Under the pieces are notes generated by a model. The model was given only the letters and a program-made list of their open reading frames with translations, was not told the origin of the DNA and did no database searches. This document shows, in pieces, positions 37,623 through 47,527 of a DNA stretch of 64,000 nucleotides. The first letter of the stretch is position 1. The number at the start of each line of letters is the position of its first letter. This DNA comes from Alphaproteobacteria bacterium (lineage in GTDB: Bacteria > Pseudomonadota > Alphaproteobacteria > JACZXZ01). Position numbers and translations under genes: made by a program. The stretch is taken from assembly GCA_035509415.1 (NCBI GenBank), contig DATJLQ010000096.1:24919-88918 (forward strand), in the 5' to 3' direction.

Positions 37623-39221
37623 TCAGCCGAGGAAACTCTCGACCGTCCTGATCGCGCCGTCGAGCGCCACGCCCTCCTCGTCCCTGAGGGCGGCCTCGCG
37701 CAGGCGGCGCGACCACTCGGCCGCGTCTGGACGCCCGACAAGACGGAGCGAGGTCGTGAGCACGCGCTCGAATTTCCCCTGGCCGCGCGCCGCCGTGTCG
37801 GAATAACCCTTCACCAGACGCCGGCAGCGCAAAAGCTCGACCGCGAGCGCATAATCCCGAGGCGCCGTCGCCATCACGGTGTCGAGCCAGCGCTTCCAAT
37901 GGGCGCGTTCGCGCGCGTGGCGCAACGTGCCGCGGCGCCAGCGCTTGAGGCCGCCGAGCGAATACAGGATGAGGAACCAGCCGAGCGTCCCGGTGCGCAC
38001 GCGCCGCCCGCGGTTGACCGACCGGTCGAGTGCGCGCATCAATCGGGGCCGGGCCTCGATGAAGCGGCCGAGCAAGGCGGGCAGCGTGCCGCATACCTCT
38101 TCCATGCGCGGATGCATGAACTCGGTCAGGTGCAGGACCTGGTCCGGTGCCGCGCCAACGTCGCGCCGCACGCGCGCGAACCGGCTCGCGCGGGTCTTGA
38201 GGTCGGCGACGCGGATCACGTCGTCATAGGCCATCGCGACGGCGACGTATTTCGCGGCCTCGCGCGTGAGAGCCAAGGCGTCCGCTCCCGGCGCCTGCAT
38301 CCGGTCGAGGGCAAGCATCGGCTCGAGCGTATCGAGATACTCCGCGCCATAGGCGATATCTTGGAAGTCGACGACGCGGCGCAGCCCGGCTGCGAGCATG
38401 TCATGAACGGATGCCGGAAAGCGCTCGGCAGCTCGCGCGACGAGGGCATCGAAGCTCGGATGCCCGACGGGCGCGAGGGTCGCCGCCGCCCGGCGCTCCG
38501 CGGCCGGATCGGGAGTCTCGAACGTCTGATCGCGGCCCGAGCGCTCGGCACGCGCCGCCTCGAAGCCGAGAGCGAAAGCGCGCAAGCTCGCTTCGACGCC
38601 GACGCCGGTCGCGCGGATGGTCTCCTCGAACGAGGCGCGCTCGAATTGCGTCGCCCCTGAACCCGCGAGGGCCCCGAACATGACCGCGGAGATGACGCTC
38701 CCCGCGCGCGTCGCGAGCGCGGCCATGTCGAAGGCGAAGACGCGCTTCGCCGCCTCGCGCGCCGCGCGGCCGACGGCCGCCGGATCGCCGATCCCGTCGC
38801 CGGGCACCATTTTCTCCTGGACCGCGTAGGCGCGGTGGGTCGAGACGATGAGCGTGGTGCGATCCGGTGTCACGTAGCCGCGCAGGATCGCGCGGCCAGC
38901 TTCCATGAGCTCGGCGCCGATCACCACGTCGACGTCGCCCGGCGCCGGCATGAGCGAGAGCACCGGCCGCCGCGTGCCCAAGCCGCCCGCGGGCATCGGG
39001 ACCATCTCGACGTAATAGACCGTGGCGCCCGTGCGCTGCGCGACGCCCGGCACGGAAGTCGCCTGGACGATCCAGCCCGCGCGTTCGGCGAGTGCCACGA
39101 TCCAGTCCATCAGCACGCCGCCGCCCTGGCCGCCGAGGGCCAAGATCGCGATCGTGAGGGGACGCGTCGGATTGAGCCCGACCCGCCCTCGTTCCCTGGT
39201 CGCAACGTGGATTTCGTTCAT
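37623..39221 (-). CDS. iorB: indolepyruvate:ferredoxin oxidoreductase beta subunit
   Basis: 532 aa; LTIAILALGGQGGGVLMDWIV... is the IorB/2-oxoacid:ferredoxin oxidoreductase gamma-like fold. Confidence 0.8.
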   Translation of the reverse strand: MNEIHVATRERGRVGLNPTRPLTIAILALGGQGGGVLMDWIVALAERAGWIVQATSVPGVAQRTGATVYYVEMVPMPAGGLGTRRPVLSLMPAPGDVDVVIGAELMEAGRAILRGYVTPDRTTLIVSTHRAYAVQEKMVPGDGIGDPAAVGRAAREAAKRVFAFDMAALATRAGSVISAVMFGALAGSGATQFERASFEETIRATGVGVEASLRAFALGFEAARAERSGRDQTFETPDPAAERRAAATLAPVGHPSFDALVARAAERFPASVHDMLAAGLRRVVDFQDIAYGAEYLDTLEPMLALDRMQAPGADALALTREAAKYVAVAMAYDDVIRVADLKTRASRFARVRRDVGAAPDQVLHLTEFMHPRMEEVCGTLPALLGRFIEARPRLMRALDRSVNRGRRVRTGTLGWFLILYSLGGLKRWRRGTLRHARERAHWKRWLDTVMATAPRDYALAVELLRCRRLVKGYSDTAARGQGKFERVLTTSLRLVGRPDAAEWSRRLREAALRDEEGVALDGAIRTVESFLG

Positions 39222-39228
39222 CGCCGGC

Positions 39229-41424
39229 TCAAGCGAAGTCGAGTGCGCGGCGCGCGCGACGGCGCTGGAGGAAGCCGATCGCGCCCCCGCGCAGCCGGGC
39301 GAGGACGCGGTCGAGCCAGGACGGATTGTAAACGATGTCGGCGCGATAGAAGGACGGGCATAGCACCGCCGCCTCCGCCACCTCGCCGCAATTGCCGCAG
39401 CCGACGCAGCTCTCGTCGATCGCGGCGACCGGGTCGTCCTTCAAGGGATCGTCGGTCCGCTTCACCGAAAGGGACGGGCAGCCCGAGAGGCGGATGCAGG
39501 CGTGATCGCCCGTGCATACATCCTCGTCGACGCCGAAGCGTTGGCGCACCGCGCGCGCGCCTTCCTTGACCGCCTTGTTGAAGAGCGGCCGCACCCGACG
39601 CTGCTTGTTGAGCATGCATTCGGAGGAGGCGACGATGACCTTGGGTCCCGGCGCCTTCGAGGTGAGCGCCTCCCGCAGCGTATCGCGCATCTTGGCGACG
39701 TCGTAAGTGCGGTCGATCTGGCGCACCCAATCGACGCCGACCCCTTTGACCGCACGCGCGATCGAGTGGGCCGTCGAGCGCGAGCGATTCTCGGCGCGCG
39801 ACGAGAGGACATCCTGCCCGCCGGTCGCGGCCGAGTAGTTGTTGTCGATCACCAGGGTCACGCCGTCGTGCTTGTTGAAGACGGCATTGCCGATACCCGA
39901 GGTGAGCCCGTTGTGCCAGAAGCCGCCATCGCCCACGACCGAGATCGAGCGCTTGCCGGCCACGACGTTGAAGGCCGAGGCCGAGGCGGGGCCGAGGCCG
40001 TAGCCCATGGTCGTGGTGCCGATGTTGAAGGGCGGCAGCGCCGAGAAAATATGGCAGCCGATGTCGCCAGACACGTGGTGAGGGCCGAGCTCGCGCTCGA
40101 CCAGTTTCATGGCGGCGAACACCGGCCGCTCGGGGCAGCCGACGCAGAAGCCCGGCGGCCGGCCCGGCACCGCCGCTGCGAGGGCCGCGATGCTCTCGCT
40201 CGGGGCCGCGTCGGGCGCGTTCGGCGCACGGAGCGAAGGGGCAAGCAGGCTCGGCCCGCGCTCGGCGAGGAATGCGCGCGCGCCCGCCGCCACGGCCTCC
40301 ACCGTGTATTCGCCCGCCATCGGCAGCACGTCCTTGCCGACGATCGCGGCCCCAACGCCCGCGCGGCGCAGAATCTTGTGGAGCGACTGCTCGATGAAAT
40401 CGGGCTGACCCTCCTCGACCAGCAGCACGGCCTTCTTGCCGCGGCAGAAGTCGGCGAGCTCGTCGTCGATCAAGGGGTAGGTGACGTTCATGACGTAGAG
40501 CGGGAGGCGCGTGGTGCCCCACACGTCGGCGAGGCCCATGGTCTGGAGTGCTCGCAGCACGGTGTTGTACATGCCGCCCTGGAGCACGACGCCGAGCTCC
40601 TCGACGTCGCCCGGGAAGGTCTCGTTGAGCCGGTGGCGCCGCACATAGTCGACGGCGGCGGGCCAACGCTGCTCGATTTTTTCCTTCTCGTGGAGGTAGG
40701 TCGCGGGCGGCAGCACGACGCGGCTCGTGTCCCGCCGCGGCGTCTCCATCGCCTCTCTGAGCGTGAAGCGCGGCGGCCGGTTGTCGCGCGCCGAGAAGCT
40801 TCCATGCACGTGGCAGCCGCGGATGCGCACCTCGAGCATCACCGGCGTGTGCGACGCCTCGGAGAGCTCGAAGCCGTGCTCCACCGCGCGCACGATCGAT
40901 TCGAGGTTGGGGCGCGGATCGAGCAGCCAGATCTGGGACTTCATCGCGAAGGCGTGGCTGCGCTCCTGCATGATCGAGGAGCCTTCGCCGTAATCCTCGC
41001 CCACGATGATGAGCGCACCCCCCTCGACCCCGCCCGAGGCGAGGTTGGCGAGCGCGTCCGATGCGACGTTGGTGCCGACCGGCGACTTGAAGGCGACCGC
41101 ACCCCGGATCGGGTACATGACCGAAGCCGACAGCATCGCCGCCGCCGCGGCCTCGTTGGCGCTCGATTCGAAGTGGACGCCGAGCTCGCCCAAAATCTCC
41201 TGGGCGTCCGACAGCACGTCCATCAAATGCGAGATGGGGGCGCCCTGGTAACCGCCCACATAGCCCACCCCCGCCTCGAGCAGCGCCTTGGTGATCGCGA
41301 GGATGCCTTCGCCGTGGAACTCGGCGCCCGCGCCGAGCTTCAGGTCTGCGATCTCGCGCTTGAAGGAACGTTCCGCCACGCGGGACTCCGTCCGCTGCGC
41401 CGGCCGCGCGACTTTCGCACCCAC
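39229..41424 (-). CDS. iorA: indolepyruvate:ferredoxin oxidoreductase alpha subunit (TPP and 4Fe-4S)
   Basis: 731 aa; TPP motif GDGGFWHNG and a ferredoxin-like cysteine cluster CVGCGNCGEVAEAAVLCP. The 900-aa track ORF extension is antisense to the VOC gene. Confidence 0.85.
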   Translation of the reverse strand: MGAKVARPAQRTESRVAERSFKREIADLKLGAGAEFHGEGILAITKALLEAGVGYVGGYQGAPISHLMDVLSDAQEILGELGVHFESSANEAAAAAMLSASVMYPIRGAVAFKSPVGTNVASDALANLASGGVEGGALIIVGEDYGEGSSIMQERSHAFAMKSQIWLLDPRPNLESIVRAVEHGFELSEASHTPVMLEVRIRGCHVHGSFSARDNRPPRFTLREAMETPRRDTSRVVLPPATYLHEKEKIEQRWPAAVDYVRRHRLNETFPGDVEELGVVLQGGMYNTVLRALQTMGLADVWGTTRLPLYVMNVTYPLIDDELADFCRGKKAVLLVEEGQPDFIEQSLHKILRRAGVGAAIVGKDVLPMAGEYTVEAVAAGARAFLAERGPSLLAPSLRAPNAPDAAPSESIAALAAAVPGRPPGFCVGCPERPVFAAMKLVERELGPHHVSGDIGCHIFSALPPFNIGTTTMGYGLGPASASAFNVVAGKRSISVVGDGGFWHNGLTSGIGNAVFNKHDGVTLVIDNNYSAATGGQDVLSSRAENRSRSTAHSIARAVKGVGVDWVRQIDRTYDVAKMRDTLREALTSKAPGPKVIVASSECMLNKQRRVRPLFNKAVKEGARAVRQRFGVDEDVCTGDHACIRLSGCPSLSVKRTDDPLKDDPVAAIDESCVGCGNCGEVAEAAVLCPSFYRADIVYNPSWLDRVLARLRGGAIGFLQRRRARRALDFA

Positions 41425-41450
41425 CGGCGCATTTGACTCTAGAAACGGAA

Positions 41451-41466
41451 ATTTGATATGTCAAAT
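41451..41466. promoter_or_regulatory. inverted repeat ATTTGA-TATG-TCAAAT (plus upstream TTTGAC half-site) in divergent iorA / VOC intergenic region; candidate operator
   Basis: Read from the sequence. AT-rich island with three TTTGAY/RTCAAA half-sites between 41431 and 41470. Confidence 0.3.
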
Positions 41467-41545
41467 ATCTCCCGGACGCGGCGGCTGCGGGCCGATGCGC
41501 GTCCCCGGCCTCGGTCGGCGGCCCGCGCGAGTATGGAGACGGCCA

Positions 41546-41947
41546 ATGGCGAAGCTTCGTCACATCGCGATCCAGGTGCCGGACCTCGAGAAGGCGGCCG
41601 GGTTCTACGAAACGGCGCTCGAGCTCAAGCGCGTCGCCCAGACCGAAAGCCCGGTCGGCAACGCGATCATGCTGTCCGACGGCGTGATGAACCTCACCCT
41701 CCTCAATTTCCCCGAGGGCACCAAGGGCGGCATCAACGGGCCCGGCTGGGCGGGGCTGCATCATTTCGGCTTCGTGGTCGAGGACGCCGAGGCGACCGCG
41801 AAGAAGATCGAGCATCTGGGCGGCCGCTTCTTCATGCGCCTCCCCGACTCCTATCCGGGGGTCGACGCCGAGACCAAGTACAAGGACCCGCTCGGCATCG
41901 TGTTCGACGTATCGGAGCACGACTGGACCCAGGCCAAGGAGCCGTGA
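41546..41947 (+). CDS. VOC / glyoxalase-bleomycin-resistance-dioxygenase superfamily protein
   Basis: 133 aa; MAKLRHIAIQVPDLEKAAGFYETALELK... is the classic VOC betaalphabetabetabeta N-terminus. Confidence 0.75.
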   Translation: MAKLRHIAIQVPDLEKAAGFYETALELKRVAQTESPVGNAIMLSDGVMNLTLLNFPEGTKGGINGPGWAGLHHFGFVVEDAEATAKKIEHLGGRFFMRLPDSYPGVDAETKYKDPLGIVFDVSEHDWTQAKEP

Positions 41948-42597
41948 CCGGCGCGACGCCAGAGGGCGGGCCGATGCGCGGCAAGACGGTGTCGGAATTC
42001 GTGATTCCGGCGCGCGTCGGGCACGCGCTTGTCGTGCCCAAGGGCCACGTCTTGCGCATCCATCAGATCGAAGGCGGGCAGGTCGGCGACTGCGCCTTCT
42101 TCAACGCGAACGACACGCGCGAGTGGTTCCATGTCGGCCAGAGCTGGGCCCTCAACGTCATGCTCGGCACCGGCACGAGCAAGGGCTTCAAGCATTTCTA
42201 TTCGAAACCGCCGCGCGAGAACGTGATGCTCACGACGGTCGAGGACACGCTCGGCAACCATTGGGGCAACATGGGCGGACGCTGCTCGACGCGCCTCTAC
42301 GCGCTGCGCGACGGCATCTCCGGTCACCGCTCGTGCCAGGAGAATCTCGCCGAAGCGCTCCAGCCTTTCGGCCTCACGGGCGACGACGTGGGCGACATCT
42401 TCAACGTTTTCATGAATGTCGAGCTCGACGCCGCGGGTGGGTTCCGGATCCGGCCGACCGAGGTCGGCCCCGACGATTACATCGACTTGCGCGCCGAGAT
42501 GGACGTGCTTGCCGCGATCTCCGCGTGCCCGGCCGACGCCAATGCCACCAACGGCGGCCGCTGCAAGCCGCTCGGCATCAAGGTCTTCGCGTCGTGA
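41944..42597 (+). CDS. DUF1989-family protein (urea-carboxylase-associated-like)
   Basis: Matches the DUF1989 pattern (IPARVGHALVVPKGHVLRIHQIEGGQVGDCAFFNAND...LRAEMDVLAAISACPAD). GTG start at 41944 overlaps the VOC stop (GTGA). Alternative ATG at 41974. Confidence 0.7.
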   Translation: MTGATPEGGPMRGKTVSEFVIPARVGHALVVPKGHVLRIHQIEGGQVGDCAFFNANDTREWFHVGQSWALNVMLGTGTSKGFKHFYSKPPRENVMLTTVEDTLGNHWGNMGGRCSTRLYALRDGISGHRSCQENLAEALQPFGLTGDDVGDIFNVFMNVELDAAGGFRIRPTEVGPDDYIDLRAEMDVLAAISACPADANATNGGRCKPLGIKVFAS

Positions 42598-42628
42598 TCG
42601 GGCGCCGCGGCTGAGAACGCGGCGAGCG

Positions 42629-43801
42629 ATGCGCATCCTCGCGATCCGCGAGAAGACCGTCCCGCTCGCCTCCTCGTTGCGGAACGCGAATATCGGCTTC
42701 GGCGCCATGACCGCGAGCGCCCTCGTCGTCGCAACCGACGCGGTGCGCGAGGGAAAGCCGGTCAACGGCCTCGCCTTCGATTCGATCGGACGCTACGGCC
42801 ATGGCGGCCTGCTGCGCGAGCGCTTCATTCCGCGCCTCTTGGCGGCGAAGCCCGAGGATTACGCCGACGCGCGCGGCGACAATATCGATCCCGCGAAGCT
42901 CTGGGCGATCGCGATGCAGGACGAGAAGCCCGGCGGCCACGGCGAGCGGCCGGGGGCCCTGGGCCTGATCGACGCGGCGGCTTGGGACATCGTAGCCAAG
43001 CTTGAGGGGAAGCCGCTGTGGCGCGTCCTCGCCGAGCGCTTCGGCGCGGACGGCATGGCACCTGACGGCACGGTCGCGGTATACGCGAGCGGCGGCCATT
43101 ATCGCCCGAGCGGCGACCTCGACGGGCTCAAGGACGAGATCCGCCGCTACGTCGATCTCGGCCACATGCGCATCAAGATCAAGATCGGCGGCGCGCCGCT
43201 CGCGGCCGACCTGAAGCGCGTCGAGGCGGCGCTCGCGATCCTCGGCACGGGCTCGGCGCTCGCCCTCGATTGCAACGGAACCTTCGATCGCGCGCGCGCC
43301 TTCGAGTACCTCGACGCTCTCGCGCCCTATGGGCTCGCCTGGCTCGAGGAGCCGGTCGACCCGCTCGATTTCGAGCTTCACCGCGAGCTCGCGGCGACGA
43401 CCCCGATGCCGCTTGCGACCGGCGAAAACATCTTCTCCGTCGCCGACGCGCGCAATCTCTTGCGTCACGGTGGCTTGAGGCCGGCGCGCGATTGGCTGCA
43501 GATGGACATTTCGCTCAGCTACGGCATCGTCGAGTATCTGCGCATGCTCGAAGTCATGGCGGCGCATGGATGGTCGCGCCGCCGCGCCTTGCCGCACGCG
43601 GGCCATTTGCTCGCGCTCCACGCGGCCGCGGGCCTCGGCCTCGGCGGCCATGAATCGGCCCCCGACCCGACCCATCTCATCGGCGGCTTTCCGGACGGCG
43701 TTTCGGTCGAACACGGCACCGTGCGCGCGCCCGAAGATCCCGGCGTCGGCATCGAACGCAAGGCCAATCTCTACGCCGTGTTCCGCGATCTCCTCGATTG
43801 A
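42629..43801 (+). CDS. enolase-superfamily enzyme (mandelate racemase / muconate lactonizing enzyme family)
   Basis: 390 aa; metal-ligand region LALDCNGTF...LEEP.... Start at MRILAIREK. Confidence 0.78.
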   Translation: MRILAIREKTVPLASSLRNANIGFGAMTASALVVATDAVREGKPVNGLAFDSIGRYGHGGLLRERFIPRLLAAKPEDYADARGDNIDPAKLWAIAMQDEKPGGHGERPGALGLIDAAAWDIVAKLEGKPLWRVLAERFGADGMAPDGTVAVYASGGHYRPSGDLDGLKDEIRRYVDLGHMRIKIKIGGAPLAADLKRVEAALAILGTGSALALDCNGTFDRARAFEYLDALAPYGLAWLEEPVDPLDFELHRELAATTPMPLATGENIFSVADARNLLRHGGLRPARDWLQMDISLSYGIVEYLRMLEVMAAHGWSRRRALPHAGHLLALHAAAGLGLGGHESAPDPTHLIGGFPDGVSVEHGTVRAPEDPGVGIERKANLYAVFRDLLD

Positions 43802-44400
43802 GGCGGGCGTGCGGACTGCCGGCGCGCGGGCGGGCCCAGGATCATGTCGCACACGGTCTCGATCAGCGCCCCGATGTCGCGCGTATCGCCGAGGCGCCGG
43901 TTGATCACGAAGCCGTCATAGGCCATGAGCAGGAGATGGGCGAGAAGATCGCCCTCAAGGAAGTGCTGTCGCGCGCGCGGTACGATGGTCTCGAGAATCA
44001 CGGTGAGACGGCGCTCTGTGACGCGGAGAAGATCGTCGGGCTTGCCCTCGCGCGGGTCGGCCGATGCGAGCGCCTCCATGAGGCTGTTGGCGAGCCCGGT
44101 ATTGCGCGCCGGGATATCGCGCCAGATGCATAGGAGGAAGAGACGCAGCTTCTCGCGCGGCGCGCGCTTGCCCGCGAGCGAGCGCTCGAGCCGGTCGATA
44201 TGACCGAGGAGCCAGGGCCGGTAGACCTGATAGAGGAGCGCGAGCTTCGAGGGAAAATAGGAATAGATGCTGCCGACCCCGACCTTGGTCGCCTTCGCGA
44301 TGTCGGCGAGCGTCGTCTCGTGATAGCCGTGCGCGGAGAACAACGCATCCGCGTTGCGGACGATCGCGTCGTGTACCGATCTTTTCTTGACCTGGACCAA
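43771..44400 (-). CDS. TetR-family transcriptional regulator
   Basis: N-terminal HTH TTLADIAKATKVGVGSIYSYFPSKLALL. Confidence 0.85.
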   Translation of the reverse strand: MVQVKKRSVHDAIVRNADALFSAHGYHETTLADIAKATKVGVGSIYSYFPSKLALLYQVYRPWLLGHIDRLERSLAGKRAPREKLRLFLLCIWRDIPARNTGLANSLMEALASADPREGKPDDLLRVTERRLTVILETIVPRARQHFLEGDLLAHLLLMAYDGFVINRRLGDTRDIGALIETVCDMILGPPARRQSARPPQSRRSRNTA

Positions 44401-44503
44401 GCCGACCCTCGCGCGCTCAGACGATCGCGCGCCGCGGCCGCGGCACCGGCGTGCGCCTCGTTCCCGGCCCGTCCCGGCCCCTGTCGGGTTCCCGATCCAT
44501 GGC

Positions 44504-45031
44504 CTAGAACGGAATCGACATTGCCTGGTGGACGCCGTCGCAGTCGATCAGATCGACGCGCTTCGATGCGATCTTGAAGCCGCCGTCCGCGAGCCGAAGT
44601 ATATGACTGTAGCGGCCGCTGAACACGCGCCGGCTTTCCTCCCGAAATTCGGACATCAGGAACGCGGACTCGACCGTGCACTCGCGCCGTGCCGGCTCGA
44701 GCGCGGTCACGTCCACGTTGGTGACGAGGTGGGTGGTGCGCGGCATGGGTGCGAGCACGTGGGCGCGCGGGTGCGTGAGGCGGCGCACGCGCATCGCAAG
44801 AAGCGGCAGGTCCTCGTAGACAATGGACGCGACCGCGCGCGGATCGGTCTGACCCGGCCGGCTCGGGACCCAATAGACCGCGTCCGGCGCGAAGAGAGCG
44901 AGCCATTCGTCGAACCGGCCGGCGTCGAGAAGGCGCGCCTCGAGGAACAGAAAGCGCTCGATCTCGTGGCGCCGCTCGGCGCCGACAGTCATCGGATCGT
45001 CGACCGGCGCATGGTCGCGCAGCGAGCTCAT
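44504..45031 (-). CDS. ring-hydroxylating oxygenase beta subunit
   Basis: 175 aa; RHEIERFLFLEARLLDAGRFDEWLALFAPDAVYWVP is a typical small subunit. ATGA overlap with the alpha stop. Confidence 0.8.
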   Translation of the reverse strand: MSSLRDHAPVDDPMTVGAERRHEIERFLFLEARLLDAGRFDEWLALFAPDAVYWVPSRPGQTDPRAVASIVYEDLPLLAMRVRRLTHPRAHVLAPMPRTTHLVTNVDVTALEPARRECTVESAFLMSEFREESRRVFSGRYSHILRLADGGFKIASKRVDLIDCDGVHQAMSIPF

Positions 45032-46380
45032 TGGGCAGCCTGCCTGACGCCGGCGCCGGCCAGCCGCTCGTCCACCATGAAGCGGAGCCAGGCCGCGAAC
45101 TGCACCCGGGTCGGAAGCTCGCTCGCCGTCGCAATCCGGAGCCCCGGACCGAAGTCCCGATCGCGTCCAAAGCCGCGTTCGACGTCGATCCAGTCGGCCG
45201 CGCCGGAGGTCAGTCCGCTCTGGCAGCGCGCGAACATCTCGACGTCGTCCGAAAAGATCATCGAGGCGGGCGAGCCGAGATTGGTGAGGAACCGCACCGC
45301 GCGGTGGAAGATGCCATCGGGCGCGCCCGCGAGCCGGAAGCAGTAACTCGTGACGAGGGTACGATCGGCCGCGAGCGGATGCACGACCCGGAGCTGGTGG
45401 TATTGCGCGTTCACGCTGATGTTGGGGTAGATCAGATTGTTGAACCGATCGAGGCCGAGGATCTCGGCCGCGCGCACCTCGCCGTGGCGGCGCGCGAGGC
45501 ACGCGCGGTATTCGGCGCGCACCGCATCCTCCTCGGTGGGGGCGAGGATGCCGCTCTTGTAAAAGCCGCTCATGTAGCTGTGGCCCGCCTCCGATCCCAC
45601 CAGCTCGACGTTCTCCCATTCGCGGCGCGTGAAGTTGTTCGCGAACAGCATCTCGCGCGTCTGGTCGTCGTCGAGTGCCGAGCCCTGGCGCGGCGCCGCG
45701 CGCGCGGTCGCGACCGAGGATTCGTGCACGAAGCTCGGATGGAAAACGTCGTTCGCATTCTCCATGTGCATTTTCCAGTTGCCCGGGTATTCGAGCGTGA
45801 AAACGCTTTCGGCGATCTCGATCTCGCCGCCCGGCGCGCGCTCGATCAAATTGTCGAACGCGTCGGTCATGGTGCCGAGGTGCTCGCCGAGCGACGGGCC
45901 GTCCGGTGCGAGACTCGCGAACACGAAACCGCGATAGCTCGCGACGCGCGGCGCCTGGGCGAGACGGTTGCGCGGCTCCTCCAGGCTAAAGCCCTCGGGA
46001 TAACTCTCGCGGTGCGGTACGGCTTCGAGGCTGCCGTCGCCGCGGAACGACCAGCCGTGATAAGGACAAACGAAGGATGTGCGCTTGCCGCTCGGGCTCG
46101 CGCAGATACGCGCGCCGCGATGCGCGCATCGATTGTGGAGCGCGTGCAGCGTGCCGTCCTTGTGGCGCGTGACCAGCACTTCGTAACGGCCGAGCCGGCT
46201 GCGCACGAAGTCGCCCGGCGCCTTGAGCTGGCTCTCGTGCGCGACGTAGAGCCACGCGCGCCCGAAGATGCGGTCCATCTCGAGTTCGAAGATCGCCGGG
46301 TCGATGTAGAGGCGCCGGTGGACGCGATCGGGCTGAACCAGCGCGCGAATCTCCGCCGCACCGATCTCGGTCCCTGCCAT
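45028..46380 (-). CDS. Rieske non-heme iron ring-hydroxylating oxygenase, alpha subunit (second paralog)
   Basis: Rieske CAHRG...CPYHGW; catalytic domain NANDVFHPSFVHE. Confidence 0.9.
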   Translation of the reverse strand: MAGTEIGAAEIRALVQPDRVHRRLYIDPAIFELEMDRIFGRAWLYVAHESQLKAPGDFVRSRLGRYEVLVTRHKDGTLHALHNRCAHRGARICASPSGKRTSFVCPYHGWSFRGDGSLEAVPHRESYPEGFSLEEPRNRLAQAPRVASYRGFVFASLAPDGPSLGEHLGTMTDAFDNLIERAPGGEIEIAESVFTLEYPGNWKMHMENANDVFHPSFVHESSVATARAAPRQGSALDDDQTREMLFANNFTRREWENVELVGSEAGHSYMSGFYKSGILAPTEEDAVRAEYRACLARRHGEVRAAEILGLDRFNNLIYPNISVNAQYHQLRVVHPLAADRTLVTSYCFRLAGAPDGIFHRAVRFLTNLGSPASMIFSDDVEMFARCQSGLTSGAADWIDVERGFGRDRDFGPGLRIATASELPTRVQFAAWLRFMVDERLAGAGVRQAAQ

Positions 46381-46665
46381 CCGCCCTCCCCTCGCGGCCC
46401 GCGCGCGCTATCCGGCAACCGTGAATTCGCTCCCGGGCCGCATCGGACGAGTATTCCGAACCGTCGGCGTTTTGTCAAAGTCGAATCTTGTTCGGTTATG
46501 AGGAAGGCGATAAGATGGCCGCGTGAGAGGCTAACGCCGCGCCGGCGGCGCCCGAATCCCGCTCATTTCGACCTCGCGGGATCGACGGGTCCAGGCGCGG
46601 CGGCCAGGGGGAGAGATGGCAGCACGCGTGCCGTGCCACGGCGCCGTCATGAGCGGTGCGTGGCC

Positions 46666-47520
46666 ATGAAGGCGCCCGCCTTCGACTACGTCCGTCCGTC
46701 CGATCTCGACGGCGCGCTCGCGTTGCGCGCGCGCTACGGCGACGCCGCGCAATATCTCGCGGGCGGCCAGAGCCTGATGCCCTCCCTTCATTTCCGCGTC
46801 GCGTCACCCCGGCTCTTGATCGACATCAACCGCATCGGGTCGCTCCGCGGCATCGAGCGCCGCGGCGATTTCGTGCGCATCGGCGCGCTCGCGCGTCACG
46901 CCGAGGTCGAGGCATCCGAAATCGTGCGCGCCGACCTGCCGCTGATCGCCGAAGCCGTGCGCCATGTCGCCCATCCCGCGATCCGCAGCCGCGGCACCTT
47001 CGGCGGGAGCCTGGCGCTCGCGGACCCGGCCGCGGAACTGCCGGCTTGCGCGGTCGCGTTGGGTGCCGAAATCGTGGTCGCGGGCCAAGGCGGCATGCGC
47101 CGCGTCGCGGCGCGGGATTTCTTCCGCGGCTTGTTCGAGACCGCGCTCGCGCCGGGCGAAATCGTGGTCGAGGCGACGATTCCACGCCAGGAGGCGCGCC
47201 AGCGCAGCGCGTTCCTGGAGCTCAGCCCCCGTCGCGGCGATTTCGCGACCGTCGGCGTCGCCTGCCAAGCGGATCTCGAGGGCGACAAAGTGTCCGCCCT
47301 GCGCCTCGTCGTGTTCGGCTCCGAGCCCTACCCGCGCGTCGCGCGCCGGGCGCAAGCGGCGGCTGAGGGCGCGCGCTTGGCGCCCGAGCTCGGCGCGCCA
47401 GTCGCCGAGGCGCTCGAGGGGGATCTGGAGCCGATGGCCAACGCGCAAGGCAGTGCCGCCTTCAAACGCCATCTCGCGGCCGTGCTTGCGCGCCGCGCGA
47501 TCGAGCGCATGGCGGCGTGA
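46666..47520 (+). CDS. xanthine-dehydrogenase-family molybdenum hydroxylase, FAD-binding medium subunit (CoxM/CutM-like)
   Basis: 284 aa; LAGGQSLMP...GTFGGSLA is the FAD-binding PCMH fold. Only the C-terminal part of the 829-aa track ORF is real. Confidence 0.85.
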   Translation: MKAPAFDYVRPSDLDGALALRARYGDAAQYLAGGQSLMPSLHFRVASPRLLIDINRIGSLRGIERRGDFVRIGALARHAEVEASEIVRADLPLIAEAVRHVAHPAIRSRGTFGGSLALADPAAELPACAVALGAEIVVAGQGGMRRVAARDFFRGLFETALAPGEIVVEATIPRQEARQRSAFLELSPRRGDFATVGVACQADLEGDKVSALRLVVFGSEPYPRVARRAQAAAEGARLAPELGAPVAEALEGDLEPMANAQGSAAFKRHLAAVLARRAIERMAA

Positions 47521-47527
47521 GCGAAAG

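Noticed and set aside
45031-47520. 829-aa plus-strand ORF spanning the Rieske alpha gene antisense
   Set aside because: Only the last 284 codons (46666..47520) encode a recognisable protein (FAD-binding Mo-hydroxylase subunit). The upstream 545 codons are antisense to the Rieske alpha/beta genes and are compositionally biased.
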